From positions 5,895 through 69,894 of the forward strand of contig JAFGJS010000037.1 in assembly GCA_016928995.1 (NCBI GenBank): a stretch of DNA of 64,000 nucleotides. The letters run 5' to 3'. A program made the position numbers and the translations under genes. The number at the start of each line of letters is the position of its first letter. Within the stretch, counting starts at the first letter, position 1. Below, piece by piece: positions 39,824-49,325 of the stretch. Below the pieces are notes generated by a model. That model saw only the letters and a program-made list of their open reading frames with translations, had not been told where the DNA came from and did no database searches. Source of the stretch: Candidatus Sumerlaeota bacterium (GTDB taxonomy: Bacteria > Sumerlaeota > Sumerlaeia > JAFGJS01).

Positions 39824-41236
39824 TCATTCCGGTTTGCGGGCGACGACGATGACGCTGAGGCCGAAGGGCGGTCCGGTGATCGCATCCACCAGACGCGAAA
39901 TCGGCATGAGGATTTTTTGCATGCTGACATGGTGACCGGCGATTTCTCCAGCGCGGAAGAGCTTGCCGCTGACCCACCAGCCGATGGCGCCGACGGCGTT
40001 GAAATATTTCACACGCTCGATCTCGAAGCCGGCGGAGCGCAGTTTGCCGGTCAGGTCGGCCTTGCCATAGCGGCGGAAGTGCTCCAGGTTCTTGTCCAGA
40101 TCCGAATATAGCGCCATATGCGCCGGGACGAGGATCACGGCGCGTCCGCCGGGTTTGAGGATCTTGAAAAAGTTATGCAACGCCTGCTCGTCGTTTTCGA
40201 TATGCTCAAGCACGTTGGAGGTGACGATCGTGTCGATGCCCAGTTTTTCAAACTCCGGATCGTGGTTCATCAGGTCGTACTTTCGCACGTGGATGTTTGA
40301 GTCGCGCTTGTACGCGGCGCTGAGCACGTCGAGATAATAGTCGGAGACGTCGGTCAGCGTGATGCTTTTGAATTTGCGCATCAGCGGCGCGAGGCTGCCA
40401 ATGCCCGAGCCGGCCTCCATGATGTTCCGCCCCAGGTGCGGCTCGACGTGCTTGAAGATTTCGCGGTTGTAGTCGTCGAAGCCGATGAGTTTATGCAATG
40501 TCTGCGCGCCCACATCCTTATAGCGCCCCTGGCCGTATTTCCAGATCGCCCAAAGCGCGCGCAGGCCGTCGCGCCAGGTGGTCTTTTTGCCCTCTTCGTA
40601 GGAACGGCCGTAGTATTTGACGCCGACCTCGTAGAAGATCAGTTTCCTGGCGGCGAGCTTGCCCACGAGTTCCGCTTCCATGGCGAATCCGCACTCTTCG
40701 ATTTCGATGTTTTCCAGTGTGGAGCGGCGGATCATTTTATAGCCGGTCATCATGTCGGTCAGGTTCAGGTCCGTGCGCCAGTTGGACAGCGTAGTGAGCA
40801 GCCGGTTGCCCAGGCTGTGACGATAATAAAGGACGCGGTGGGGCTGTCCGCTCCAGAAGCGCGAGCCAAACACGACGTCGGCGCGGTTTTCAGCCAATGG
40901 CTCCAGCAGTTTATAATATTCCTGCGGCTCGTATTCCAAATCGGCGTCCTGGAAGATGACGAACTCGCCGGTGGCGTGGCGCAATCCTTCCTTCACGCAA
41001 ACGCCCTTCCCGCCGTTCGTTTCGCGCAGGACCAGCTGGTCGTAGAGCTCGGGATGATCTTGCAGCAGCTGGCGCGAACCATCCGTGGAGCAGTCGTCCA
41101 CGACGATGACTTGCTTGTCGATCTGGATGTCGCGAACTTTTTCCAGCAGCACCAGCACGGTGACCACTTCATTATACACCGGCACAATGACGGATAATTG
41201 AGGCTCGGAGGCCGGTTTCATCGTTTTTTTGGACAT
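39824..41236 (-). CDS. GT2 glycosyltransferase (DPM1-like) fused to a class I SAM methyltransferase
   Basis: SVIVPVYNE, VDDCSTDGS, QDADLEY; C-terminal MEAGSGIGS, NVLEHIEND, LKPGG. Confidence 0.9.
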   Translation of the reverse strand: MSKKTMKPASEPQLSVIVPVYNEVVTVLVLLEKVRDIQIDKQVIVVDDCSTDGSRQLLQDHPELYDQLVLRETNGGKGVCVKEGLRHATGEFVIFQDADLEYEPQEYYKLLEPLAENRADVVFGSRFWSGQPHRVLYYRHSLGNRLLTTLSNWRTDLNLTDMMTGYKMIRRSTLENIEIEECGFAMEAELVGKLAARKLIFYEVGVKYYGRSYEEGKKTTWRDGLRALWAIWKYGQGRYKDVGAQTLHKLIGFDDYNREIFKHVEPHLGRNIMEAGSGIGSLAPLMRKFKSITLTDVSDYYLDVLSAAYKRDSNIHVRKYDLMNHDPEFEKLGIDTIVTSNVLEHIENDEQALHNFFKILKPGGRAVILVPAHMALYSDLDKNLEHFRRYGKADLTGKLRSAGFEIERVKYFNAVGAIGWWVSGKLFRAGEIAGHHVSMQKILMPISRLVDAITGPPFGLSVIVVARKPE

Positions 41237-41652
41237 CGGTCAAGTTTCCGCAAAGTTTCAGTTCGGGCATGATGCCTGTGGGCATTTGAGAAAATCAACC
41301 TTGAATTGCACAAAACTGGTTGACCGTTCAGGTGAATTCACTTTAAACTGCTGATTATAGCCGCCGTCGTTGACGGCGTCCGCGCCGCTTAGGACTCATC
41401 GGTCCGCTGATTCGGAACGGTGCGTTCGTGTTAAGGCGGAGTGAATTGGGGGTTGACAAATCAGGGCTTGAGCCGCAAATCTTCATAGACATGACATGGC
41501 GGCAGCCGCCCCTGATTTTACGTCCGCGCAAGACGAAAGATAAATTGACAAATTCTGCGCTCGCGTAAATCCGGAAGGTTGATGCCGCGATGCGCAATTG
41601 TATTCATCCGGGCAAGGACGCTCGAATAGCCGGTTTCAGGAGTCAATGAATC

Positions 41653-42585
41653 TTGGGCCATTTCACTGTATATTCCGTCGGAAAAACTGATGTAGGACAG
41701 CGCCGGTCCGGCAATGAAGATTCGATCTACACCAACCCGGAGCTGGGTCTTCATTTCGTAGCCGACGGCATGGGCGGGCACGCCGCGGGCGAGATCGCCA
41801 GCGGCACAGCCGTCGAAAAAATCGCCGAATTTGTCGAACTTTTCCGGGGCGACACCGACCTCACCTGGCCTTTCGGCTTCAACCCGAATTGGAGCCGCTG
41901 CGAGAACATGATCGTCTCCAGCGTGAAGATGGCCAATCAGGCGATTTGCGACATGGCGCGCGAGCATCCCGAGATGCGCGGCATGGGGACCACTGTGGCG
42001 TCGGTCTATGTGGACGGCGATCAACTGGTGATCGCGCACGTGGGCGATTCGCGCGTATACCGTTTTCGCGGCGACTCGCTGGTGCTGATGACCGAAGACC
42101 ACACCTGGGTCAACGAACAGCTGCAACGCGAGATCATCACCGAAGAAGAAGCGAAGAATCATCGCTGGAAAAATGTGATCACGCGCGCCTTGGGCAATCG
42201 TTCCGAAGTGGAGGTGGATGTCCAGTCGGCGGCGATTGAGAACGACGATTTATATCTGCTTTGCAGCGACGGTCTGACGACCATGCTGGATGATGAGGAT
42301 CTGCGCCAGATGATCATACATTCCAACTTCAAGTTGGAGGAGCTGGTGGATGATTTGATCCACGAAGCGAATTCGCGAGGCGGGTTCGACAATATCTCCG
42401 TCATCCTGTTGCATTGCTTGAAACCCGAAAACACTCCAACGCTTGTCGTCACCGATGAAGAGGATGAAGATGAACAGCAAGCGGAGCTTGTGGAAGAAGC
42501 GATTGAACCGACGCTGGTTGTGAAAGCCAATCCCGACGAACTTGAAGCAGTGGAATCCGCCGAGGAGCAGGGCGAGGAGCAGTAA
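41653..42585 (+). CDS. PP2C-family Ser/Thr phosphatase (Stp1/PrpC-like)
   Basis: RSGNEDS, VADGMGGHAAGEIAS, MGTT, HVGDSRVY, LCSDGL, GGFDNIS. Confidence 0.95.
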   Translation: MGHFTVYSVGKTDVGQRRSGNEDSIYTNPELGLHFVADGMGGHAAGEIASGTAVEKIAEFVELFRGDTDLTWPFGFNPNWSRCENMIVSSVKMANQAICDMAREHPEMRGMGTTVASVYVDGDQLVIAHVGDSRVYRFRGDSLVLMTEDHTWVNEQLQREIITEEEAKNHRWKNVITRALGNRSEVEVDVQSAAIENDDLYLLCSDGLTTMLDDEDLRQMIIHSNFKLEELVDDLIHEANSRGGFDNISVILLHCLKPENTPTLVVTDEEDEDEQQAELVEEAIEPTLVVKANPDELEAVESAEEQGEEQ

Positions 42586-42655
42586 CACAAGATAAATCCG
42601 TCTTCGGCTTTCCGGCGCGGAGGGCTTTTTTTCCAGAACACAGCGAAAATCCATC

Positions 42656-42684
42656 TTGACATTCCCCTTGGCGGCTTTAAGAAT
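42656..42684 (+). promoter_or_regulatory. Putative sigma70 promoter for rpmH
   Basis: TTGACA-N17-AAGAAT, about 110 nt upstream of rpmH. Confidence 0.45.
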
Positions 42685-42791
42685 CGCCGTTCTTTCGTCT
42701 GTTCCGGCGGAAACAGTGAATGATTTTTACGCTTCTAAACGATTCGAAATCAACGATTGACAATAAAGTCAGAATGACAGGATGAGCTTTC

Positions 42792-42965
42792 ATGAAACGG
42801 ACATTCCAGCCAAGTTTGCGCAAACGCCGCAATACACATGGTTTTCGGGCGCGGATGAAGACGGCCGGCGGCCGCGATGTATTGGCTCGACGCCGCAGAA
42901 AAGGGCGCAAACGCCTGACGTGCTCGATCGTGGTGAATAAATGCAACCGGATTGCATCGCGCTAA
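42792..42965 (+). CDS. rpmH: 50S ribosomal protein L34 (57 aa, absent from the ORF track)
   Basis: Hand translation [57 protein letters not shown]; precedes rnpA. Confidence 0.97.
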   Translation: MKRTFQPSLRKRRNTHGFRARMKTAGGRDVLARRRRKGRKRLTCSIVVNKCNRIASR

Positions 42966-42988
42966 CTCTATTGATGACAAAGACAATC

Positions 42989-43069
42989 TCGCGCCAGTCA
43001 GCCTCAAATCGCCGGAGGCGCGCGCCTTGGGGCGTCCCGTGTGCGGCCATTTGAGGCTTCTTGGCGCGA
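42989..43069 (+). other. Long imperfect stem-loop in the rpmH-rnpA spacer
   Basis: Nested stems TCGCGCCA/TGGCGCGA, AGCCTCAAAT/ATTTGAGGCT and GCCG/CGGC. Confidence 0.7.
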
Positions 43070-43108
43070 TCAGATGGCATCAGCGACGCCGGAGACCCAC
43101 CAGGCGGC

Positions 43109-43519
43109 ATGGATCAGCGATTTCCGAAAGAGTGTCGAGTGCTGAAGCGCGGCGATTTCACGCGCGCGGTCCAGCAGGGGCGCCGTCGGCGCAACCCGCT
43201 TTTTTCCATTGCGGTGTATGATCGTCATGACGCCCTTCCGGCAAGGTTGGGGCTTTCGGCGCCGAAGAGACTGGGGAAGGCTGCGGTTCGCAATCGAGCC
43301 AAACGCCGGACGCGAGAGTTTTTCCGCAAAACGCGCGGGCGCATCCGCGCCGGCGTGGATATCGTGGCGCTGTTCCACCCTCCCTGCGCGGACGCCTCGT
43401 ATGCGGAACTGAGCGCGGCCTTCGAGGCCTTGCTGGAGCAAGCATGTGCGCTGAATCCGCCGAATCAAACGCCTTCCGTAAACCGCGATTTCCCGGGGCG
43501 CGGCCCTGGCGAGGATTAA
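43109..43519 (+). CDS. rnpA: Ribonuclease P protein component
   Basis: RLGLSAPKRLGKAAVRNRAKRRTREFFR (RNR motif); synteny; start uncertain. Confidence 0.92.
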   Translation: MDQRFPKECRVLKRGDFTRAVQQGRRRRNPLFSIAVYDRHDALPARLGLSAPKRLGKAAVRNRAKRRTREFFRKTRGRIRAGVDIVALFHPPCADASYAELSAAFEALLEQACALNPPNQTPSVNRDFPGRGPGED

Positions 43520-43779
43520 GCGCGGTCTGTTACGCCCTGGTGCGTCTGTATCAATGGACTTTGTCGCCGCTGCTGGGCGGACAGTGCCGTTTTATTCCGA
43601 CATGCTCCGAGTACGCCCTGCAAGTTTTGACGCGGAAGCCGATCTACACGGCTTTGCCGCTGATCGTATGGCGCGTCTTGCGCTGCAATCCCTTCTGCAA
43701 GGGGGGATACGATCCGCCGCCCGAAAGCGAAGTGGCGTTGCGCGAAGACGAAGCGGAATGCAGTGACGAGACGGAATGA
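43444..43779 (+). CDS. yidD: Membrane protein insertion efficiency factor YidD
   Basis: YQWTLSPLLGGQCRFIPTCSEY, RVLRCNPFCKGGYDPPP. Confidence 0.93.
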   Translation: MCAESAESNAFRKPRFPGARPWRGLSAVCYALVRLYQWTLSPLLGGQCRFIPTCSEYALQVLTRKPIYTALPLIVWRVLRCNPFCKGGYDPPPESEVALREDEAECSDETE

Positions 43780-45736
43780 GGAAGCATCCGAAGGAGCCGG
43801 TCAGGCCATGGATCAAATGAGCGAAAAGCAACGCTGGATTCTCTTCTTTGCCATCGCGATGGCGGTGATCTACTTTTATTCCGTCCAGACTCAGAAACGC
43901 CAACTCGCGCAGGAACAAGAGCGGCAAAAAGAAGCGTTGGCTCAGCAGCATGAGAATTGGGCGGCGCAGGGGGACGGGCTTTCCAGCGGCGTCCTGACGA
44001 TCAGCGACACCGGCACTACGGTTTCGGCGCCGCAACCGGCGCAACGGCCGGCGGCAAAATTTTCCGCGCAAACCTTTCGCAACTATCCCGGCGTTTCATC
44101 CGAGGAAACGATCCACGTTCACACGAAGCGGCTGGATGTGACCTTGACCAATCGCGGCGGTCGTCCGCTTTCCTGGCGTTTGCTGCTCAACGGCGATTCC
44201 AGCGTGGATTTGCATAATGTGGAGCTGATTCCGCAACGCACGGATCCGGATGTGATTGAGCGTCCGCTGGAAGTCATGTTTAAGAAGTTTGATGATAATT
44301 ATGGTCCGCTCAACCAGCTGCTGATGCTGAGTGAAACGACCGAGTCGGAAGACGGCGAGACGACCACGGTGCGCTTCCTTTCGGCGATTGTCGAAGGAGT
44401 GCAGCTCGAAAAGATATACCGTTTCCACCAGAACAGCTGGCTCACAGAGCTGGATTTGCGAATTACCAACCACAGTCCTTTGCGTTTGGCGATTGGATCG
44501 GACGGCGGCCGCGGAGTGGGCTTGAGCTGGGGGCCGGGGCTGATTGATTACACGGAAGAGATCACCTCCAGCGACAAGCGTTATTTCAACGTATTGTCGA
44601 TGACCGGGGACAAGCTGTATTACAAAACGCCCAAGCCGGAGAAGGATCCGCTGGAGATCAAACGTCCCGTGAGTTGGGGCGGATTGGAATCCCGGTTCTT
44701 CGGCGTATTCATCATCCCTCGGGAGAATCCGGCGGAGGGCGGATCGGTCGCGCTGGTGCGTTCGCGCAACATGCCGGACGAGGAGGATCGAAAGAACTTC
44801 ATCGGGCTGCCGGTGTCATACGAACTTTACAGCGGGGCGTTGGCGCTCCAACCGGCCCCGCATGAAGCGAGCGCGGCGACGCTGGCATACCAGCTGTTCA
44901 CTGGCCCCAAGGATCTGCATTCCCTGGGGGATGTCAATGAAACGCTGGATGATTTTGCCGGAAAGCCTGGCGTCATCGATCTGAAGCGTTCTCTCTTCGC
45001 CAGCAGCTGGAACTGGATGCGTTTCCTTTGCCTCACTCTTTACCGCGCGCTGAACAAGGTCAACGAATGGACCGGCAGTTGGGGCTTGGCGATCATCCTG
45101 CTGACGGTGCTCGTTCGTCTGATCACGCATCCGTTGTCGCACAAGGCCATGAAGGAACAGGCCAAGGCGATGGAGAGCATGAAACTGCTGAAGCCGCAGA
45201 TCGACGCAATCAACGAGAAATATAAAAACGATCCCGGCAAGAAGCAGACGGCGCTGATGGAGATGTATAAAAAGAACGGCGTGAATCCCTTCGCCCAGCT
45301 GAAGGGCTGCCTGCCGATGTTCATTCAGTTTCCGATTTTCATCGCGCTGTACTACATGTTGAATCAGTCGATCAAACTGCGCGGCGCGGAGTTCATGTTC
45401 ATCCGTGATCTCTCGCAGCCGGATCATTTAATCGCTTTCGCCACGATGACGGGCGGCGCGATCAAGAAATTGCCGTGGCTGGGGGAATACTTCAATATTC
45501 TGCCGATCCTCTGGGGCTTGACGCAGTTCAGCATCACCAAGTTCACCTCGCAATCGTCGCTGAACCAGGATCCGAATCAGAAAATCATGATGTATATGTT
45601 CCCGATTGTTTTTCCGGTCCTGTTATACACGATGCCTTCGGGGCTGATGTTATACTGGCTGGTGTCGAATATTTGGCAATTCGGCCATCAGATCTACGCC
45701 AAGCGCGCCATTCATCAGGACGCGGCGGAGGCGTGA
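43763..45736 (+). CDS. yidC: Membrane protein insertase YidC
   Basis: WGLAIILLTVLVRLI, GCLPMFIQFPIFIALY, DLSQPD, PSGLMLYWLVSN. Confidence 0.96.
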   Translation: MTRRNEEASEGAGQAMDQMSEKQRWILFFAIAMAVIYFYSVQTQKRQLAQEQERQKEALAQQHENWAAQGDGLSSGVLTISDTGTTVSAPQPAQRPAAKFSAQTFRNYPGVSSEETIHVHTKRLDVTLTNRGGRPLSWRLLLNGDSSVDLHNVELIPQRTDPDVIERPLEVMFKKFDDNYGPLNQLLMLSETTESEDGETTTVRFLSAIVEGVQLEKIYRFHQNSWLTELDLRITNHSPLRLAIGSDGGRGVGLSWGPGLIDYTEEITSSDKRYFNVLSMTGDKLYYKTPKPEKDPLEIKRPVSWGGLESRFFGVFIIPRENPAEGGSVALVRSRNMPDEEDRKNFIGLPVSYELYSGALALQPAPHEASAATLAYQLFTGPKDLHSLGDVNETLDDFAGKPGVIDLKRSLFASSWNWMRFLCLTLYRALNKVNEWTGSWGLAIILLTVLVRLITHPLSHKAMKEQAKAMESMKLLKPQIDAINEKYKNDPGKKQTALMEMYKKNGVNPFAQLKGCLPMFIQFPIFIALYYMLNQSIKLRGAEFMFIRDLSQPDHLIAFATMTGGAIKKLPWLGEYFNILPILWGLTQFSITKFTSQSSLNQDPNQKIMMYMFPIVFPVLLYTMPSGLMLYWLVSNIWQFGHQIYAKRAIHQDAAEA

Positions 45737-45967
45737 GCCCCGGCGCTGTGCGACGGCAGCGCGATAGATTATTCGCTGTCGCGTTGCGCGATGACAGGAA
45801 CGCAGGCTAAATGCGCGGAGCTTCGGCTCCGCAGCGAAATTCACGGTTTTTTTTACACACCTGACGGCGCGCGATGGCGCCGGTTAATTCAGGGCGCATG
45901 ATTCCGCAAGCCGATAAGACTGGCTCAGCAGTTTGTGACGGCGCTTGCGGACGGGAGGCAAGAAACA

Positions 45968-47002
45968 ATGATGAACCATGTGATGATTGAAGCGGCCAAT
46001 CTGGACGAGGCGTTGCGCGAGGCTTCGGAGCGCTTCGCCGTGCCGGTCGAGGCGTTGGAATATGAACGCTTGAATCTGCTGGATGAGGATGACTTGCTCA
46101 CGAGCAACATCTTCGAGGAAGACATCCAAAAAGACAGCGAATCGGTGAGCGTGCGCGTGTGGGTGAAGCACGACGCGCTGGCCGAGCGTGGGCGCGATGT
46201 TCTGCAGCGGCTGCTGGATAAAATGCAGGTCTCCGCTCAAGTGACGGTGGATGGCGTGGTCGGCATGCTGCAACTGGGCGTCAGCGCCAGCGCGGACAAC
46301 AATTTGCTGATCGGACGGCAGGGCGAAACGCTGGAGGCGCTGGAATATTTCGTCAATCGCGTCTTGAGCCGCGGCGGACTGGTGCCGCCGCCTGTGATCG
46401 TCGATATCGAGGAATACCGTCAGCGCCGCATCAAATACCTCGAAGACCTGGCGCGGAAAAAAGCGACGCGCGCCGTGAAAACGGGCAAGGAAATCAAACT
46501 GCTGCCGATGAAGCCGCATGAACGCAAGATCATGCACGCGATTCTGGCCGACTTCAAAGGAATCAAGACCTTCAGCATGGGGCTGGACGCTGAACGGCAT
46601 ATCGTCATCTCGCCGTCGGGCGAGTCCGCCGATCCTTCGCAATTCGTGGAAGAAGAGCGCGGCGGCCGGCGCACGGGCGGCCGTTCCGGTCAGGGCGGGC
46701 AGAATTGCGGAAGACAAAATCGTTCCTCTGGTATGCGCCGGGATCGCGACGGGGCTTCGAACGGCGGTCGCGGGAATGCAAATGGCGGACGTGGGAATAA
46801 TGCGAACGGCGGACGCGGGAATGCAAACGGCGGCGCGGGAAATGGCGCCAATCGCCGCAAACGTGGCGGCGTGCATCAAAATAATAGACGGACGCGGCGA
46901 ACGGACGACCGGTTTTTTGAATCCGGCCGCCCTGTGATCAATATGGAGAATATTCCCGATGACATTGGCAATCGCATCGATGATGAAGACCGCAACGTCT
47001 GA
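45968..47002 (+). CDS. jag: Jag/KhpB RNA-binding protein (Jag_N, KH, R3H) with RGG-like tail
   Basis: LLIGRQGETLEALEY (KH), ERKIMH (R3H); follows yidC; ATG at 45968 after GGGAGG. Confidence 0.92.
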   Translation: MMNHVMIEAANLDEALREASERFAVPVEALEYERLNLLDEDDLLTSNIFEEDIQKDSESVSVRVWVKHDALAERGRDVLQRLLDKMQVSAQVTVDGVVGMLQLGVSASADNNLLIGRQGETLEALEYFVNRVLSRGGLVPPPVIVDIEEYRQRRIKYLEDLARKKATRAVKTGKEIKLLPMKPHERKIMHAILADFKGIKTFSMGLDAERHIVISPSGESADPSQFVEEERGGRRTGGRSGQGGQNCGRQNRSSGMRRDRDGASNGGRGNANGGRGNNANGGRGNANGGAGNGANRRKRGGVHQNNRRTRRTDDRFFESGRPVINMENIPDDIGNRIDDEDRNV

Positions 47003-47029
47003 TACGTTGCGCAAAGCGATGGTGAAATA

Positions 47030-47068
47030 AATCAGGGGCGCTCGCTAACGAACGCCCCTGATTGTTTT
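47030..47068. terminator. Bidirectional terminator between jag and trmB
   Basis: AATCAGGGGCG/CGCCCCTGATT with A-rich and T-rich flanks. Confidence 0.75.
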
Positions 47069-47110
47069 ATGGCGAAATTTCACGAAATGCGACATAGCGG
47101 TTGTTGAGAT

Positions 47111-47764
47111 TTACGCTTTCTTCAGCGCCTCCAGATAGAAAACCTTGGCGCCTTGGGCGCAGAGCTTGACCTCGAAGTTGGTGCGGAAGGCGGGTTCGAA
47201 ACGCACAGGATCGATCTCGCCGCTTTCGAGGATCTGCAGTGTTGTGTGTTCGTGCAGCAGGGCGTCGATCTCCCAGAAATACGATTCGTAATCCATCTTG
47301 ACGATCAGTTTGCATCCGGGCTTGAGTTTGCGTTCGAAAATCGGAACCGTATGCTCTTGAAACACGCGCCGCTTGCGATGGCGCTTTTTGGGCCATGGGT
47401 CCGAATAGAAAATATAGAGCGCGTCGAGCGAGGCGTCGGGGCAAAATTTTTCCAGGAACTCCACGCCGTCGTGCATGTATGTGCGCAGATTGGTCAGGTT
47501 GTCGCGGCAGGCGCGATAGAGGATCACGCGGCAGTATTTCAGCGCGCGTTCGATGGCGAAGTAATTCCGCTCAGGATCGCGCCGGGCGTGTTCGAGGATG
47601 AAACGCCCCTTGCCGGCGCCGAGCTCGAGCTCCACTGGATTGACATTGCCAAAGAGCTCGCTCCAGTTGATCGGCCCTTCCCAGCCTTCCGGCTCGACGT
47701 TGATCGTCTCAGGATCAAGCGCGAGTTTTTTCTCCAGCGATTTTGCGGTGATGCGTGTGGCCAT
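47111..47764 (-). CDS. trmB: tRNA (guanine-N7)-methyltransferase
   Basis: LELGAGKGRF, DPWPKKRHRKRR, RTNFEVK. Confidence 0.92.
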   Translation of the reverse strand: MATRITAKSLEKKLALDPETINVEPEGWEGPINWSELFGNVNPVELELGAGKGRFILEHARRDPERNYFAIERALKYCRVILYRACRDNLTNLRTYMHDGVEFLEKFCPDASLDALYIFYSDPWPKKRHRKRRVFQEHTVPIFERKLKPGCKLIVKMDYESYFWEIDALLHEHTTLQILESGEIDPVRFEPAFRTNFEVKLCAQGAKVFYLEALKKA

Positions 47765-47922
47765 GATTCGGTTCGTGACTTGGAATTTTAATGTCCGGGG
47801 CGCATTAAAACGCCTGATGTTCAAAATAACAGCCGCCATGTTTTGCGTTGCAAGGCGTGGCGCGATGCGATTAAGCTCATTTTTATTCATTTTACGCGTT
47901 GAATGAAAGCACTACCTTAATC

Positions 47923-49260
47923 ATGACGACGGAAGCATCAACAGAAAATATCGGCGCGGCGCCGTTGGCGGAGGATGCGGAGCGGCCGGCGCTGCGTGTG
48001 CGCGGCTTGACCAAGCATCACAACATGGTCTTCCGTTCGGGGAGCCGCCTAGGGGCCTTCTTGTACGGCAACCTGCAGGATCGCCGCAACGTGCGGCGAT
48101 TTCTGGCGCTGGATGACGTGTCGTTCGATCTGCGACCGGGGCGGATGATGGTGCTCGTGGGGGACAACGGCGCGGGCAAAAGCACCCTGTTGCAGACCGT
48201 GGCGGGGATCACGAATCCCGACGCGGGCGCGGTGGAGGTCAACGGCCGCCTGAGCGCCTTGCTGGAGTTGGGATTCGGTTTTCATCCGGACCTGAACGGC
48301 TACGAGAATTGTTACCTGCAAGGTGCGATCCTGGGCATGCCGCGTTCGGAGATCGAACAGCGGCTGCCGGAGATCATGCGTTTCGCCGGCATCGGCGAGG
48401 CGATGGACCGCCCGGTGCGGCATTACTCCAACGGCATGTTCGCCCGGTTGGCCTTCAGCCTTTCCGCGCATGTCGATCCGGATCTGCTGCTGATTGACGA
48501 GATCCTGGCCGTCGGCGATCCGGGATTTCAGGAGCGATGCATTCAGCACATTCAGCGCATGCGCGAAAACGGCGTGGCCGTGCTGCTGGTGACGCACAGC
48601 CTGGCGATGGTCAGCATTATGGCCGACGACGCGCTGTGGCTGGAAAAAGGCCGCGTGGTGCGGCAAGGTCCGGCGCGCGAGGTGATCCGCGAATATAAGC
48701 GCACGGTCAACGAACGGCGCTTTGATCGCGGCGAGGAGCACGAGAGTGAATTCAATGCGACGCATCTGCATAGCAATCCACTCAAAACGCGCCGGCGCGA
48801 ATTGGTGAATCGCGTGCGGAGCTCCTTTGAGGGCGAGATCAAGGCCGTGCGGCTGCTGGACGGCGAGGGACGGCCTTACGATAAGCGCGCGCCGTTCGGC
48901 GATCTGACTGTCGAGGCGAATTACGATGTGCCGCAACCGGTGGAGGGGATGTTCCTCAAATGCCAGCTCATCAATCAGGACGGGTGGGTTGTGTCGCAGA
49001 GTTGCTCGCCGCCGGTCGAGGAGATTGATGGCTGGCCGCGCACGGGCCAGGTCCGGCTGCGCTTTGAGAAACTGGCCTTGTCGGACGGCCCGTATGCCAT
49101 TGTCGTGGGATTTTTCCATCCGGGCGATGAATCGAAGGACATTCGTCTGTGCGAAGCGCAGGCCGCATTGGAGATCGTGCCGGGTTACGTGCCCCAGGAT
49201 GGAATTTTTTGTTTCCTGCGCAGCAAAACCGCGCAGCGGAGCGTGATTGATGAAAAATGA
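47923..49260 (+). CDS. Polysaccharide ABC exporter ATP-binding protein (Wzt-like) with C-terminal domain
   Basis: ALDDVSF, GDNGAGKSTLL, YSNGMFARLAF, LLIDEILAVGD, LLVTH. Confidence 0.92.
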   Translation: MTTEASTENIGAAPLAEDAERPALRVRGLTKHHNMVFRSGSRLGAFLYGNLQDRRNVRRFLALDDVSFDLRPGRMMVLVGDNGAGKSTLLQTVAGITNPDAGAVEVNGRLSALLELGFGFHPDLNGYENCYLQGAILGMPRSEIEQRLPEIMRFAGIGEAMDRPVRHYSNGMFARLAFSLSAHVDPDLLLIDEILAVGDPGFQERCIQHIQRMRENGVAVLLVTHSLAMVSIMADDALWLEKGRVVRQGPAREVIREYKRTVNERRFDRGEEHESEFNATHLHSNPLKTRRRELVNRVRSSFEGEIKAVRLLDGEGRPYDKRAPFGDLTVEANYDVPQPVEGMFLKCQLINQDGWVVSQSCSPPVEEIDGWPRTGQVRLRFEKLALSDGPYAIVVGFFHPGDESKDIRLCEAQAALEIVPGYVPQDGIFCFLRSKTAQRSVIDEK

Positions 49261-49325
49261 AACGTGTTTCCTTGAATGAATTGTGAGAGCGAAAGACTAC
49301 AATTAATATGTAAAGGCGTCGATCA

